Source of the DNA: Octopus sinensis
Taxonomy: Eukaryota
Reading direction: 5' to 3'
DNA length: 64,000 nt
NCBI RefSeq assembly: GCF_006345805.1
Contig: NW_021835996.1
Location: forward strand, 434,001 to 498,000
Shown: piece after piece, positions 12,042 to 26,439 of the stretch
Layout: the number at the start of each line of letters is the position of its first letter
Position numbering within the stretch: position 1 is the first letter of the stretch
Program-made: the position numbers and the translations under genes
Notes under the pieces: generated by a model
What the model was told of the DNA's origin: nothing
Databases searched by the model: none
Seen by the model: only the letters and a program-made list of their open reading frames with translations

Positions 12042-15000
12042 ATGAGTGGTAATTTGTACATTCGAAATAAAATTAAGAATCTGAAGATTTGTTTGGAGAA
12101 GGAATTGGAGAGTATAGAGGTGTTTATTTCTAATATAAAACATAGAAATAGAACTCGGTTGCAAGAAATCATCACCAATTGAAAAGAAAGGTGAGTTTAT
12201 GATTAAACATTCATTAAAATAATTTATATAAAATAATTAGAATCAGTACATGACACAAATATTCAAAGAATACCAAATACCATTCAGCTTGGTTGATTAT
12301 TAATAAATAAACAAAATAGGAAGTTTAACTCAAACAGGAGCTAATATTCAACTAATTACCCACGAATCGGGTAAATATAACTATAAATCGTTTAAAGACG
12401 ACGGAAAATTAGAAAATCAACCGAATCTAGAAATTCCATACGACGAGGGTACAAAAAAGTAGCTAAGAATATTAGGAGAGACGGAAAAACAAATGGAAAA
12501 ACAAATAGAAACGTGTGACGAAATAGACGATGAAGAAAAGATGGATGTCAATGTCGTAGGAGATGATATATGTTTTATTTGATATTTTATTTAAGTAAAA
12601 CCCGCATACGAAGAGATATCTAAAGATCATGGAAATAAAGAAGATGGTTCTACTATTTCTGAAATGGAAAAACAGATAGAAACGTGTGACGAATTAGACG
12701 ATGAAGAAAAGATGGATGTCAATGTCGTGGGAGATGATATATGTTTTATTTGATATTTTATTTTAGTAACACCCGCATACCAAGAGATATCTAAAGATCA
12801 TGGAAATAAAGAAGATGGTTCTACTATTTCTGAAATGGAAAAACAGATAGAAACGTGTGACGAATTAGACAATGAAGAAAAGATGGATGTCAATGTCGTG
12901 GGAGATGATATATGTTTTATTTGATATTTTATTTTAGTAACACCCGCATACCAAGAGATATCTAAAGATTATGATAATAAACAAGATGCGTCTACTATTT
13001 CTGAAATGGAAAAACAGATAGAAACGTGTGACGAATTAGACGATGAGGAAAAGATGGATGTCAATGTTTTAGGAGATGATATATGTTTTAATTGATATTT
13101 TATTTAAGTAAAACCGGCATACCAAGAGATATCTAAAGATCATGGAAATAAACAAGATGCTTCTACAATTTCTGAAATGGAAAAACAGATAGAAAAGTGT
13201 GACGAAATAGACGATGAAGAAAAGATGGATGTCAATGTCGTAGGAGATGATATATGTTTTATTTGATATTTTATTTAAGTAAAACCCGCATACGAAGAGA
13301 TATCTAAAGATCATGGAAATAAACAAGATGGTTCTACTATTTCTGAAATGGAAAAACAGATAGAAACGTGTGACGAATTAGACGATGAGGAAAAGATGGA
13401 TGTCAATGTCGTAGGAGATGATATATGTTTTATTTGATATTTTATTTTAGTAACACCCGCATACCAAGAAATATCTAAAGATCATGATAATAAACAAGAT
13501 GCTTCTATTATTTCAGAAATGGAAAAACAAATAGAAACGTGTGACGAATTAGACGATGAGGAAAAGATGGATGTCAATGTTATAGGAGATGATATATGTT
13601 TTAATTGATATTTTATTTAAGTAAAACCGGCATACCAAACGATATCTAAAGATCATGATAATAAACAAGATGGTTCTACTATTTCTGAAATGGAAAAACA
13701 GATAGAAACGTGTGACGAATTAGACGATGAAGAAAAGATGGATGTCAATGTCGTGGGAGATGATATATGTTTTATTTGATATTTTATTTTAGTAACACCC
13801 GCATACCAAGAGATATCTAAAGATAATGATAATAAACAAGATGCTTCTACTATTTCTGAAATGGAAAAACAGATAGAAACGTGTGACGAATTAAACGATG
13901 AGGAAAAGATGGATGTCAATGTTTTAGGAGATGATATATGTTTTAATTGATATTTTATTTAAGTAAAACCGGCATACAGAGAGATATCTAAAGATCATGA
14001 TAATAAACAAGATGCGTCTACTATTTCTGAAATGGAAAAACAGATAGAAACGTGTGACGAAATAGACGATGAAGAAAAGATGGATGTCAATGTCGTAGGA
14101 GATGATATATGTTTTATTTGATATTTTATTTAAGTAAAACCCGCATACCAAGAGATATCTAAAGATAATGATAATAAACAAGATGCTTTTACAATTTCTG
14201 AAATGGAAAAACAGATAGAAACGTGTGACGAAATAGACGATGAAGAAAAGATGGATGTCAATGTCGTAGGAGATGATATATGTTTTATTTGATATTTTAT
14301 TTAAGTAAAACCGGCATACCAAACGATATCTAAAGATCATGAAAATAAACAAGATGCGTTTACAATTTCTGAAATGGAAAAACAGATAGAAACGTGTGAC
14401 GAAATAGACGATGAAGAAAAGATGGATGTCAATGTCGTAGGAGATGATATATGTTTTATTTGATATTTTATTTTAGTAACACCCGCATACCAAGAGATAT
14501 CTAAAGATCATGGAAATAAAGAAGATGGTTCTACTATTTCTGAAATGGAAAAACAGATAGAAACGTGTGACGAATTAGACGATGAAGAAAAGATGGATGT
14601 CAATGTCGTGGGAGATGATATATGTTTTATTTGATATTTTATTTTAGTAACACCCGCATACCAAGAGATATCTAAAGATTATGATAATAAACAAGATGGT
14701 TCTACAATTTCTGAAATGGAAATACAGATAGAAACGTGTGACGAATTAGACGATGAAGAAAAGATGGATGTCAATGTCGTAGGAGATGATATATGTTTTA
14801 TTTGATATTTTATTTAAGTAAAACTCGCATACAAAGAGATATCTAAAGATCATGAAAATAAACAAGATGCTTCTACTATTTCTGAAATGGAAAAACAGAT
14901 AGAAACGTGTGACGAATTAGACGATAAAGAAAAGATGGATGTCAATGTCGTAGGAGATGATAAATGTTTTAATTGATATTTTATTTAAGTAAAACCCGCA

Positions 15001-16572
15001 TACGAAGAGATATCTAAAGATCATGGAAATAAACAAGATGCGTCTACTATTTCTGAAATGGAAAAACATATAGAAACATATGACGAAATAAACGATGAGG
15101 AAAAGATGGATGTCAATGTCGTAGGAGATGATAAATGTTTTAATTGATATTTTATTTTAGTAAAACCCGCATACCATGAGATATCTAAAGATCATGGTAA
15201 TAAACAAGATGCTTTTACTATTTCTGAAATGGAAAAACAGATAGAAACGTGTGACGAATTAGACGATGAGGAAAAGATGGATGTCAATGTTTTAGGAGAT
15301 GATATACGTTTTAATGAGATTTTATTTTAGTAACACGCGCATACCAAGAGATATCTAAAGATAATGATAATAAACATGATGGTTCTACTATTTCTGAAAT
15401 GGAAAAACAGATAGAAACGTGTGACGAAATAGACGATAAAGAAAAGATGGATGTCAATGTCGTAGGAGATGATAAATGTTTTAATTGATATTTTATTTTA
15501 GTAAAACCCGCATATCAAGAGATATCTAAAGATCATGATAATAAACAAGATGCGTTTACTATTTCTGAAATGGAAAAACATATAGAAACATGTGACGAAA
15601 TAGACGATGAAGAAAAGATGGATGATCGAAATGTAAATTAAAATTGTTCTCATTATTTCAGAAAAATTTGTTAACATTTCAACCGGCTAATTTGGATAAA
15701 AACAATATGCCAGACTATGTAGAAATCGGTAGTATTTTATCCCGATAATATTTTTAGATATATCTGACGACACTTGTAGTATGAATGCAGTTCCTGGAAT
15801 ATTTTTAAATTTAGACGACGTTGATCCTATTCTGTCTACGCCTATTACTAAATATGGTATTTAAAAATTTGTCATTTTAGATATCGAAGGAATGACAATG
15901 CAAACAAGTACTTAATTATTTTCACATTATTTTAGTCCCAGATCCAATTCCTCTGGAAACGACTCATGTATTTTCTTTACTAAATTAATTTTAGCCGAAA
16001 TTTTATCGTATTCTCGTCGTTGGAAGCAAAAATTCAGGAAAATCGTCTTTACTTAAGCTCATGATTAAATCCAAAGATTCGATAGAAAATTATAACGTCT
16101 TTTTAATTTACAAGTCCTAGTTTGATTATATCACATGCCACTGTCGGAATACGGAATTTGGTGAAATTAATTTTAGTGCCATCGAAATTTTAGGTTGCTT
16201 TTTTCACTATGTTAAGGCGATCCGAATTACTATATACCTAATACATCCTTCTATAAAAATGCTGATGGCTACATTATATGCACAGATTCTATCTCGTTTG
16301 AATCCCTTGAAAAGGTCAGGTCATGGAAAGAAAGAGTGGACGAGATGTTGTATCACCCAGACTCAACACCAAAGACAAGTTTATTGGTCATAACAAAAGT
16401 TAGTGTCGTGTGCTTTTTTTAGTCTGACCTAATAGATATCGGACAAATAGAAACTAAACAATTGAATGATTTCTGCGACCAAGAAAAGATTACGTGTAGC
16501 TGGATATCCACATCGGCTGCGAAGAATTTTAATGTGACGAATGCATTTTATCGGATCATTTCTGGAGTATAA
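12042..16572 (+). CDS. Large acidic-repeat protein with a C-terminal atypical Rab-like small GTPase domain (true start may lie further upstream)
   Basis: A continuous spliced frame runs through about 30 GT-AG introns, mostly 23-29 nt. The C-terminus reads ILVVGSKNSGKSSLL (G1), AIEILGD (G3), FYKNADGYII..SFESLEKVRSWKERVD, LVITKSD (G4), TSAAK (G5), then GV-stop. Confidence 0.75.
12493..15623 (+). repeat. Tandem array of ~18 x 171-bp units, each a 147-nt exon plus a 24-nt intron (49-aa repeat)
   Basis: ATGGAT (mostly ATGGATGTC) recurs every 171 bp from 12541 to 15618, with one 170-bp unit. Each full unit carries GTTTTAWTTGATATTTTATTTWAG; one copy is 23 nt. Confidence 0.95.
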
Positions 16573-17214
16573 CCAAGTCATTATTTTAGCTGTCAACAAA
16601 GTCAGGGCCAAATCCTGAATACGCCGAAAGTGTTCTTTCTGAAACTCCAAAGCAAACTCAGAATAAATGTTGTTAAATCTTGAATTCTTTATTCTCTAAT
16701 TACGATAATAAATAATCGTCGTTTGCTTTTTTAAATTAAACCATCTCGATTCGTGGCCAGTGCCTGTGAGTGTCGAATTCTGAGACCCGACCTCCTAAAC
16801 AAAGCTGATTGTTTTTCCACCCATGGAACCAGACGTCTAACTGCGAATGGAAGGAATTGGTACTTCTCCACAAGTGAATCTTTTTACATTCGACAGTTGT
16901 GGCGATTAATCCCTAACCATAATTGTACAGTATAACCTCCATTTGGGGCAGACCTATGACTTGGGGAACCTCCATTTTTGAAGAAACGTCTATTTTTGGG
17001 GTAGTTTGAAAAGGATATAATTTTTATGCGGTAATTTCCAAATTTAGAAATTACAGGAACCTCTAAGAGGGGCATATACATATTTGCTATTAAAATTAAC
17101 TCGTGTAATTTTTGTATTCTTTTGTTATGGCTCGTAAGCTTAGTCTTGAGTTAAAGATCAAATTGTAAAGGAATTAAGTGAAAATAAGCATCTTACTGAA
17201 CGAGATATTGAAGA

Positions 17215-18050
17215 TTAGACTTCCATTAATTTCTGACGATTAATCGAGTCAAAAGGTCTTGACATATCAATGCCAAGAATGTATGTCGCATTTTTGAACC
17301 TTTGAATGGTGGAACAATGCCATCTATGGGTCCACACGATGTCAGAAGTCGATCTTCCTTCCCGAAATCCGCTGTGAAAAGCGGATATAAATAGTTCGGT
17401 GCGAGGTTTTATTCTTTCTAGCGTAATGATTGCAAGAACTTTCCGTATGCTATTCATAAGAATTACTGGCCTTAGATTCTCCACTTTTCCCTTAGCTTTG
17501 TTTGGTTTTTGGACAGGGACCAGTATCCTTCGTCCAAGGGGTAAATGGTTGTTCGTTTTAAACATTCCGTCGAAGAGGTCCGCAATCAGGACATTTAGCT
17601 TTTCACTTCCATATTTGAGTAGCTCTGGTCCTAGTCCGTCTGGTCTCGGCTTTTATTGTTTTTGAGCTTAGCACATGCTCTTTGCACTTCTGCAGGAGTT
17701 ATTTCCAACTCCAATTTCCTCGGATGCCCGGTATATCCACCAATTCCTTTGCTGTTGGATCTAAACAGTTTCTCGAAGTGTCCGGCGATTAGTTGTGCTA
17801 ATTCTGCGGAATCTGCAATTCGTCTTCCATTTTTGTCATTTATGATTAGTGGTTGTCTGTGTTTACGTCCTCGTAATAATCTGATCGCCTCATAATACCT
17901 TCCATTGTCTTTCAAGGCTTCAATGGCCTTGATCCGTGTCTCAGCCTTATTCCTTGACATATAGGACACGCACTTCTTGATCCTCTTCTTAATATTCGAT
18001 CTTTCCCGACCAAGTTTTTCTTTGATGTGCTTGTCCTCCGCATTTAAAAA
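17215..18050 (-). mobile_element. RTE-like retrotransposon RT fragment
   Basis: Encodes LVPVQKPNK...NLRPVILMNSIRKVLA...GFREGRSTSDIVWTHRW...GIDMSRPFDSI. Confidence 0.85.
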
Positions 18051-18299
18051 TTGTAGCCAAATAGATTTTTGTTTCCTTCATTTTTGGGGCAATTTTTCAA
18101 AATTGATGCCCCAAATGGAGATTATACTGTTTCGGTCTTAATAAAAATGAATTATTTCAATTTTACTAATTTTTTTAGCGGACTTAAAAATGAATTTTAG
18201 GATTATAATGATAAATTAAAGATGAATTCCTTCACTACTTCGAATGGAATTCATTCCAGTGGATTAGAACTGAATCTATCTGTGTAGTTTTCCTCCTAC

Positions 18300-18930
18300 C
18301 GACTTTCCTAAATAGAGACTGCAAACATTCAATCAAATATTATTGATAAAAAGCACTTTCACAGAACCAAACAACGTTATATTTACTAAGGTTCCGTTTG
18401 TGCCACACGTTCCTTTATCTGCTTCACAGGGAGTTTCCATTAGTACCTGTTTTTAGATCTCCTAGGTTTTCTGCAGATATAAGATTTCTTTTAATCCCAT
18501 TGTTTTTATTAGTTTTTGTCGACTTCATATCTGGTGCATGTTGTTGAGAATGTGGACTGTCCAAAATCTAATTGAGAAATTGTAATCCTCATATTTCTAG
18601 GTGATTCCTGGCGGGAAAACTCCTGGATTCCCAATGGAAGTGGTCGATTGGCGTTGATGGGAGACATCCCGTGACTGTACGGAGGCCAACGTTTTGGAGG
18701 CGCTGGAATTTTTGTAAGTTAGGGATACATTCCGGTTCATGCGAATGGTTGAGTAGTTTCTGAATATTGGGCGGCTTTTCGGAAAAGATAGTCTGGTTTC
18801 TTGAAAGAAGACAATATCGATGTTATAGGCATAGAGAAAAGAGGCAAGTTCAGTGGATTTTAGAGAGATTCTATTGATTTTTTGTTGGAAAAGTCTTAAT
18901 TGTCTGAAAGGGCCAGGATTCTTCTCAATG
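18300..18930 (-). mobile_element. Internally deleted LINE remnant
   Basis: The APE start (NINRISLKSTELASFL..NIDIVFFQET) is fused to a post-RT segment (LQNVGLRTVTGC). Confidence 0.55.
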
Positions 18931-19262
18931 TGTCTGCAAAGGGCAAGAAATTCCGGGAAGCAGGAGGTTTGTGCTGCTCAATTGCTGCCAAGAGAAAACC
19001 TCGGAAAAAAAGTACAATGAGCGGAAAAGGCAGGTTTTTTTGTTGCTAAGCATAGCATATCATCCGAATGCCGCTACGAAGATGTGACCCAAATCGACAT
19101 AACCAATGATTCAGTGTTCGATAATAGGCAATAAGATTTAACCAATGAATTTATTATAATATAAATTTTAACTATACTATTTATTTTATATTCATTTTTA
19201 AATAAATTATAGACGTTATTAGTTTTTGTTGCTTAATAAAACCGCAGGTAATTTAATAGAAA

Positions 19263-21165
19263 ATGCCAGAAGAAAAATCATGGTTCGATGAAATTCTTTT
19301 GATCCCGAGAAAGGGAGACTCCTTTTGTGTCAGGATATCATTTAAATCTCATTTTTTGATCATATCTCCCGATATCAATGGAAAAGACAACTTTAATGTT
19401 TTATTTTCGATTAATTTAAAGATATTTTATGAGAACATTGACCGATTGGAAAGATACGATAGTGTTGGATTTTATCTTATTCATTTTTATCTTAAAGATC
19501 TTCAAATTTTTTCATTCCAAATACCTATATCCTGCGAACGCTTTCAGGAAATGGTCGAAGAGTCAAGTAGAGTAGTTTTTAATTTTAAAGTGATTTTTGC
19601 TGCGAAAAACAAATTCGCTTTTACTTGTATGGAGGATTGTGGAAATCAGGACATTTGGAATATTCTCGATTTAAAGTCAGAGCTAACCAAGATGGTTGAT
19701 TTGAACAGAAAGTTACGAATAAGCAGAATCAATAAAGAATATAAGGAATTTTTATAATTTGTTATAAAAGTAGATTTGTAGTTATTATCCTGAGTTGGTT
19801 GTCGTTCCCCAAAGCATTGACGATTGCTTAATTTCCCCGATTTCAAAATATCGCGGAAATCGGTGTTTTCCAATCTGTGTTTATGTTAATCCTAATAATA
19901 AGGTTTGTTCATTTTGAGCTTTACTCGAAGGCAATGCTCATTCGTAGTTCCCAGCCCACTTTCTCTAACAAAAGGCAGTACATGGACGAAGTTCGGTTTC
20001 TCAACGCATTTTCTCCGAATAGCAAGAATTTCATCATTGATTTAAGATCTCTTATAGATATTAAAAATCACGAACAAGCAGGTTTTAAAGTACGTCAAAT
20101 CATATTCGGCAGGAGGAGGGAGAGAAATACAAGAATACTGTCCTTTTTGGAAGATTTTGATTGTATCTATGGAAAAAGCTTCAAAAATTGCCAACAAATT
20201 CGACGAGGTTGTTAAAGGTAGGATATTTTTTTAATAATTTTTAGCCTTTTCCGACGGACACAAATTCTATTCTCGGATTGTTGAGTCAGGGTGGCTTTTG
20301 ACTATTGTCTTCGTAATGGATTTGGTGCTTAAACTGACCGCAAAACTACAAAACGATGGTTTTATTTTACCTTTATAAAATTTTACCTACGGAATGAGAG
20401 TTCCATTTTAAAACACTTTTTACTCATAAATCGCCTCTGCTAAAATAATTTAGTAACGGCCATTCACATCCATGGAAAGTCCAGTACATCTCGTTCCGTG
20501 TTGATCACGTCGTTGGTAATGTTATTGGTGGATTCGGATTTCCGGACTTTTTTTGGTTTTCAAAGACTGATTGTACGTGAATGGATTTGGGGAGGATTTG
20601 ATTTTTCTAACAAGACTAAATCGGTTATCTTTGTCATATTTTTGGACTGTGTTTGGCAGGTGTATTTTCTATAATTTAATCTAAAGATTATGCAACAATT
20701 TCCCACATGTTTTGAATTCAACGAAGATCTACTTCTGCTTTTTTTCTGCCATTCACGCTTTTCTCGTTTTGGAACGTTTATTGGCCGGTCGGAATATCAG
20801 AGGGATTCCATTAATTGCTATAATAGAACGGAGCCTATTTGGTGTTATGAGTGACTGGAATAATCTGACAGGCCTTATATCAAAACAAACTATGAAAAAT
20901 ACAGCAATCCTTTTTTTGACTCACATGAGCTAACTATTCAAGGATTTAATCTTGAAGAATTGGTATTTCCGCGTTTAAATTTGCAAGAAAATTTGGACGA
21001 GTCTATATGGCCGAAATGATTGCTTTTTGCCTAATACTACTTTTGAAGCTACTATTCGTGAACGAATGAAGAGAGTGGACTCACTACAAAGTGAGGTTGA
21101 GTCACTACAAAGGTTTTTCTAATATTTTTAGTCTTGCCAGGATATTTGATATGCTCTCTAAATAA
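19263..21165 (+). CDS. MTMR9: Myotubularin-related pseudophosphatase (MTMR9-like)
   Basis: Spliced product contains YPELVVVPQSIDD, SSQPTF..IIDLRS, IHIHGKSSTSRSVLITSL (no catalytic Cx5R), RTFFGFQRLIVREW and FLDCVWQ|IMQQFPTCFEFNE..FGTF. Confidence 0.8.
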
Positions 21166-21351
21166 GAATCGGATACTAATATGTGAAAAATTATTTGTTT
21201 ATTTATTAAAAGAATAAAAGGTATTCTTAGGTTAGCCACATGTCACTTTTTTCTGTTGAATTAAATTAATGAAAATTTTTATATTTAATTCATAAAAGTG
21301 GTTATAAGTACCATGTGATTTAAATAATTTAATAAATATTGCTGCAACCTA

Positions 21352-21620
21352 GTGATTACTACTATGAGTCGCGCTCTTTCAAAACTTAAAGATTATGAAC
21401 TACCGCTGTATGAGGAAGACGCACTTAGCTTTCTACAATCCGTTGGAATCATTCCTCAAGAAAAACAGTGTCCTAAGAGGCATCAAATGAATGTAATGTT
21501 CCGTGGAAACAGAGCAACCAGGTCTAGTTTTAACCGAGAATGTCGAATTGATGCTCCTATCTGCAAGGGTATATATTACACATTTAGTATTAAAGGAACG
21601 TGGTTGGAAGGTTCCAGTAT
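21352..21620 (+). mobile_element. Merlin/ISXO2-like transposase N-terminal remnant
   Basis: EEDALSFLQSVGIIP...C...M...C...SIKGTW resembles the Merlin zinc-ribbon region. No catalytic domain or TIRs were found. Confidence 0.5.
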
Positions 21621-22189
21621 GGGAAAACCGTTCCCACCCGGTATTGGCGAATATTTATCGTCAATACTTTGAACCGTTTATTTCTACGCCTGCGGATTAT
21701 GGGGACCGATGTTATCTTGGTCCAACCGGAGGAGAATCGATGAGTTCCAACAAAGGGTCCACAGATTTTTGGTTCCACGGTAACAAACGCCTCGGACCGG
21801 CCCCTCTGGAGGACCAGATTAAGCAGAACTCGAGTTTGTTTGCAAATGCCGCGATGAATGCGGCTAGCCGCTCGGAAGTTCTGCATTAACATTGTCTGGC
21901 CCTAGTGCTTTTTGAGTTGTTTAGTCTGGAAACACCCTTTTTAACTTCAAAAAAAATTATTTCTGGTGATAGCTTTCTCGGGTCTCCATCAAATGGATAA
22001 AGCGCTTCCTCTTTTTTAAAATTGAAATATTGGATAAAGCGCTTTCGCTTGGTTGTAGGTGTTCATGCATTTAATATATAGATTCTCTTGTAAATAAGAG
22101 AGGTGATCTATTTGAAGGTCTTGGATTTATTTGAAGGTTTCGGCAATTGTCCCAATCGTGTGATTAGCCGGTGCTTTTATTTTTTACGA

Positions 22190-22376
22190 GTGTATTCCAT
22201 AATATTCCAGCAGGAAAAGGGTTGACATCTGCAAACGACCTTGAGCTCCTGGAAAAATTATACAGGAACAGAAAGAACTGGAAGGGATTAACAAAACGAA
22301 TCTAGGAGAGAGTGGCACAAGCAAGATAACTTTACTAAAGCTGTTTTGGGATGTGCGTGTTAATAAATAATAATAA
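22190..22376 (+). mobile_element. RTE-like 3' end with TAA-repeat tail
   Basis: Encodes LTSANDLELLEKL..NRKNW and ends in TAATAAATAATAATAA. Confidence 0.55.
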
Positions 22377-23136
22377 ACCGCTTAATTTGCCGAGCGAAAG
22401 GCTGACGCGATCAAGAAAGAATTATAGCTTACTATGTATGTATTTTTTTTTTTTTGATGAAAACCAACCAATAACTACAAGTTAATTAATTAAAAGCTTC
22501 AAGTGCGGGAAGCCGACGCGATCGAGAAAGAATTAGAGCGTACTATCGCAAGGGATATCCGCTCGAAAAACCATCTCGATTCGCGGGCGTCGCCTGTGAT
22601 GGCAGACATGCATTATGTATGTATTATATTGGATTGATCCAAATTGAGCCTTCTAAATTTGAAAATACTGATTTGCAAATCAGGGGTCAATTAAAACAAA
22701 TAAACTGCACCTATTGACGATTGCGGGATATCCAGTTTCAAATACGGATTTGAAGGGAAAAAATTATTTTTGAGTCAATCCAAACTGCCAATGCAAGTAG
22801 AAAATGAAGAGGGTTGATTGCAAGCCATTTTCGTTTGTGACAGAATAAGAAATTATCAAAATTACAGAAGAGGAAATAATTCAACCAGTAGTCTGTCAAT
22901 TGAAGCAAATCATTTGTATTAAGACAGTATGAAAAGTGAAGGAAAAAAGTTTACTCTGACATGTGACGAGAGGATAAAAGAAAGGTGTTGGTTATTTCCT
23001 ACTCTAAAAAAATCTCCCATTAAATAATAAGTGAATTAAAAAAGAGTTTCATTTAATAATAAAGATTTATGATATTAAATCGCTCTGAGAACTGTCTTCC
23101 ATGATTAAATTTTTTAAAGATTCGGCATATAAGCTT

Positions 23137-23349
23137 GACCAAAATTTGGTGGACGACCCCGAACAACACTGCCAGCTGTTCTGCAACATGACCTAATTTG
23201 CCTGGAGAAAACTCTAAACAACTACAAGAACTTAGAAAAACTCTGCAGGCAGGCCCAAAATCGCGAAAGGTAGAAAACGATGGTCGTATCGTGTAGCACG
23301 GGAATATGACTTATTCTGTGTATGTTCCCACGGGAAGTGCTATAATAAT
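23137..23349 (+). mobile_element. 5'-truncated RTE-like insertion with ~20-bp TSD
   Basis: Encodes GGRPRTTLPAVLQHDL, with tail TATAATAATAA. Flanked by AAGATTC(GAC)GGCATATAAGCTT at 23117-23136 and 23350-23372. Confidence 0.8.
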
Positions 23350-23548
23350 AAGATTCGACGGCATATAAGCTTAAAGGCACTAAAATCTACACAATTCTCA
23401 GTTGTCTAAATAAACTTGGCCACCTCTGTTTATTACGCTCCAAGGATCCTAGAGAATTTACTTTTTTAATGCAAAGAATCATGTTTGGTCGTTGTGTGCT
23501 GAAAAAGCTATCCCATCCAGTCTGCTGATGGATTAAGTTAATTCCAAA

Positions 23549-24733
23549 ATGATTTCCACTGGCAGGTCCACTGCTGATGTGATCTGGACTCACAGATGGA
23601 CAGCTGCCACATGCCAAAAATATAAACATTGCACTGAAATACTCGGCATCGATATGTCCAGAGCATTCGACTCTGTTCACAGAACTAAACTTGTGGAAAT
23701 ACTTATGACCTTCTTAAATCATGACGACATCAGAATAATCCTAATGCTTCTTCAGAACACTCAATTAGCAACCAAACTTGGTAAAAATGTGTCAAACTAT
23801 TTCTACACATCACGGGGCATACCACAAGGCGATTCGCTGTCCCCAGTTCTCTTTATCGTCTACCTAGAGGCAGCACTCAGAGACTTTCGGCCTCTTGTGG
23901 ACAACACTAAATACAACGAAATAATATATGCTGATGATGTCGACTTCGTATCTGATGATGCTGAAACCCTTCGATTTATTATCGAAACATTACCAGATAT
24001 TTTTTCCAAATGGTTTCTAACAATCAACCACAATAAAACTGAACATACGAAATTTATTCGATCTGAACGAACTCATGATGAGCCCTGGAGAAGACAAAAA
24101 AAAGTCGGATCTCTCTTAGGGGACTCTGAAGACATTATGTACAGAAAAATACTATCAATTGCCACATACAATAAGTTTATGAACATCTGGCGCCTAAAGA
24201 AGCTAAATTCAAAGACAAAACTTAAAATATACAACACATTTGTTGTCCCAGTCCTAATGTACAATGGATCGACGTGGGGAATCAGTAAGACCGATATGAA
24301 CAATTTGGACCGATTTCATCGGAACCAACTGAGAAGAGTGATAAACATGCAATTCTCAAGGAAAATAGCAAATTCCACCCTATACAAAAGATGCAATTCG
24401 AGACCGATCTCTATGGACATCCTGGAGTCCAGATGGCGACTCTTTGGACACATATTAAGACTTGACAGCCTCACTCCGCCGAATATCGCGATGGAAAACT
24501 ACTTTGCCCATTCCAAAGGAGACTTCCGTGGAAGACCCAGGGTCACTCTGGCTACCACGCTAAATGAAGATCTAGCTGGAATTAATAAAAAACTGAAAAA
24601 TGGCGATGATCTCGACTCACTCAGGACGATCGCAACTGACCGGAGAGCCTGGAGACGCATGACCGGGAGAATTTCAATGGTGGCACAAGGAAAGCTTAAT
24701 TAACTTATGACTTTTCCGAAAGTGCTTTATAAT
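23549..24733 (+). mobile_element. 5'-truncated RTE-like retrotransposon with an open RT ORF and (TAA)n tail
   Basis: 384-aa ORF with GIDMSRAFDSV, GIPQGDSLSPVLF, YADD, RWRLFGHILR and GRPRVTL. The tail is TAATAATAATAA. Confidence 0.9.
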
Positions 24734-24848
24734 AATAATAAATGATTTTCTCCTCCCAAATGATTAAATTAAAAAAATAATAAATGTTTAATAATTTTCG
24801 TTAAATGAATAGATTTGAACGTAAAAAAATAAGAAAAGTATTAAAAAA

Positions 24849-26315
<1,467 letters not shown>

Positions 26316-26439
26316 AAAAAGCCTCACAACAGATTGAAAAACGCGAAGTTATTTTATATAAAATTAATTATTTTAGCGTCGAAATAATGATTTATGACTT
26401 TATTTATTTAAATTAATTTCACCAAACAAGAACATTATT

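Noticed and set aside
12493-15623. 171-bp period suggesting alpha-satellite, and the minus-strand hydrophobic ORFs
   Set aside because: The length match is coincidental, with no alphoid similarity or CENP-B box. The minus-strand ORFs are antisense shadows of the acidic repeat.
16927-16945. TA-CAGTATAACCTCC as a pogo-like MITE end
   Set aside because: No matching inverted terminus was found.
19263-21165. Missing catalytic cysteine in the myotubularin as a novel inactivation
   Set aside because: This is expected for the MTMR9 pseudophosphatase subfamily.
22600-23100. Purine-rich stretch with a repeated QLKQI motif
   Set aside because: Stops in all frames and no recognisable homology.
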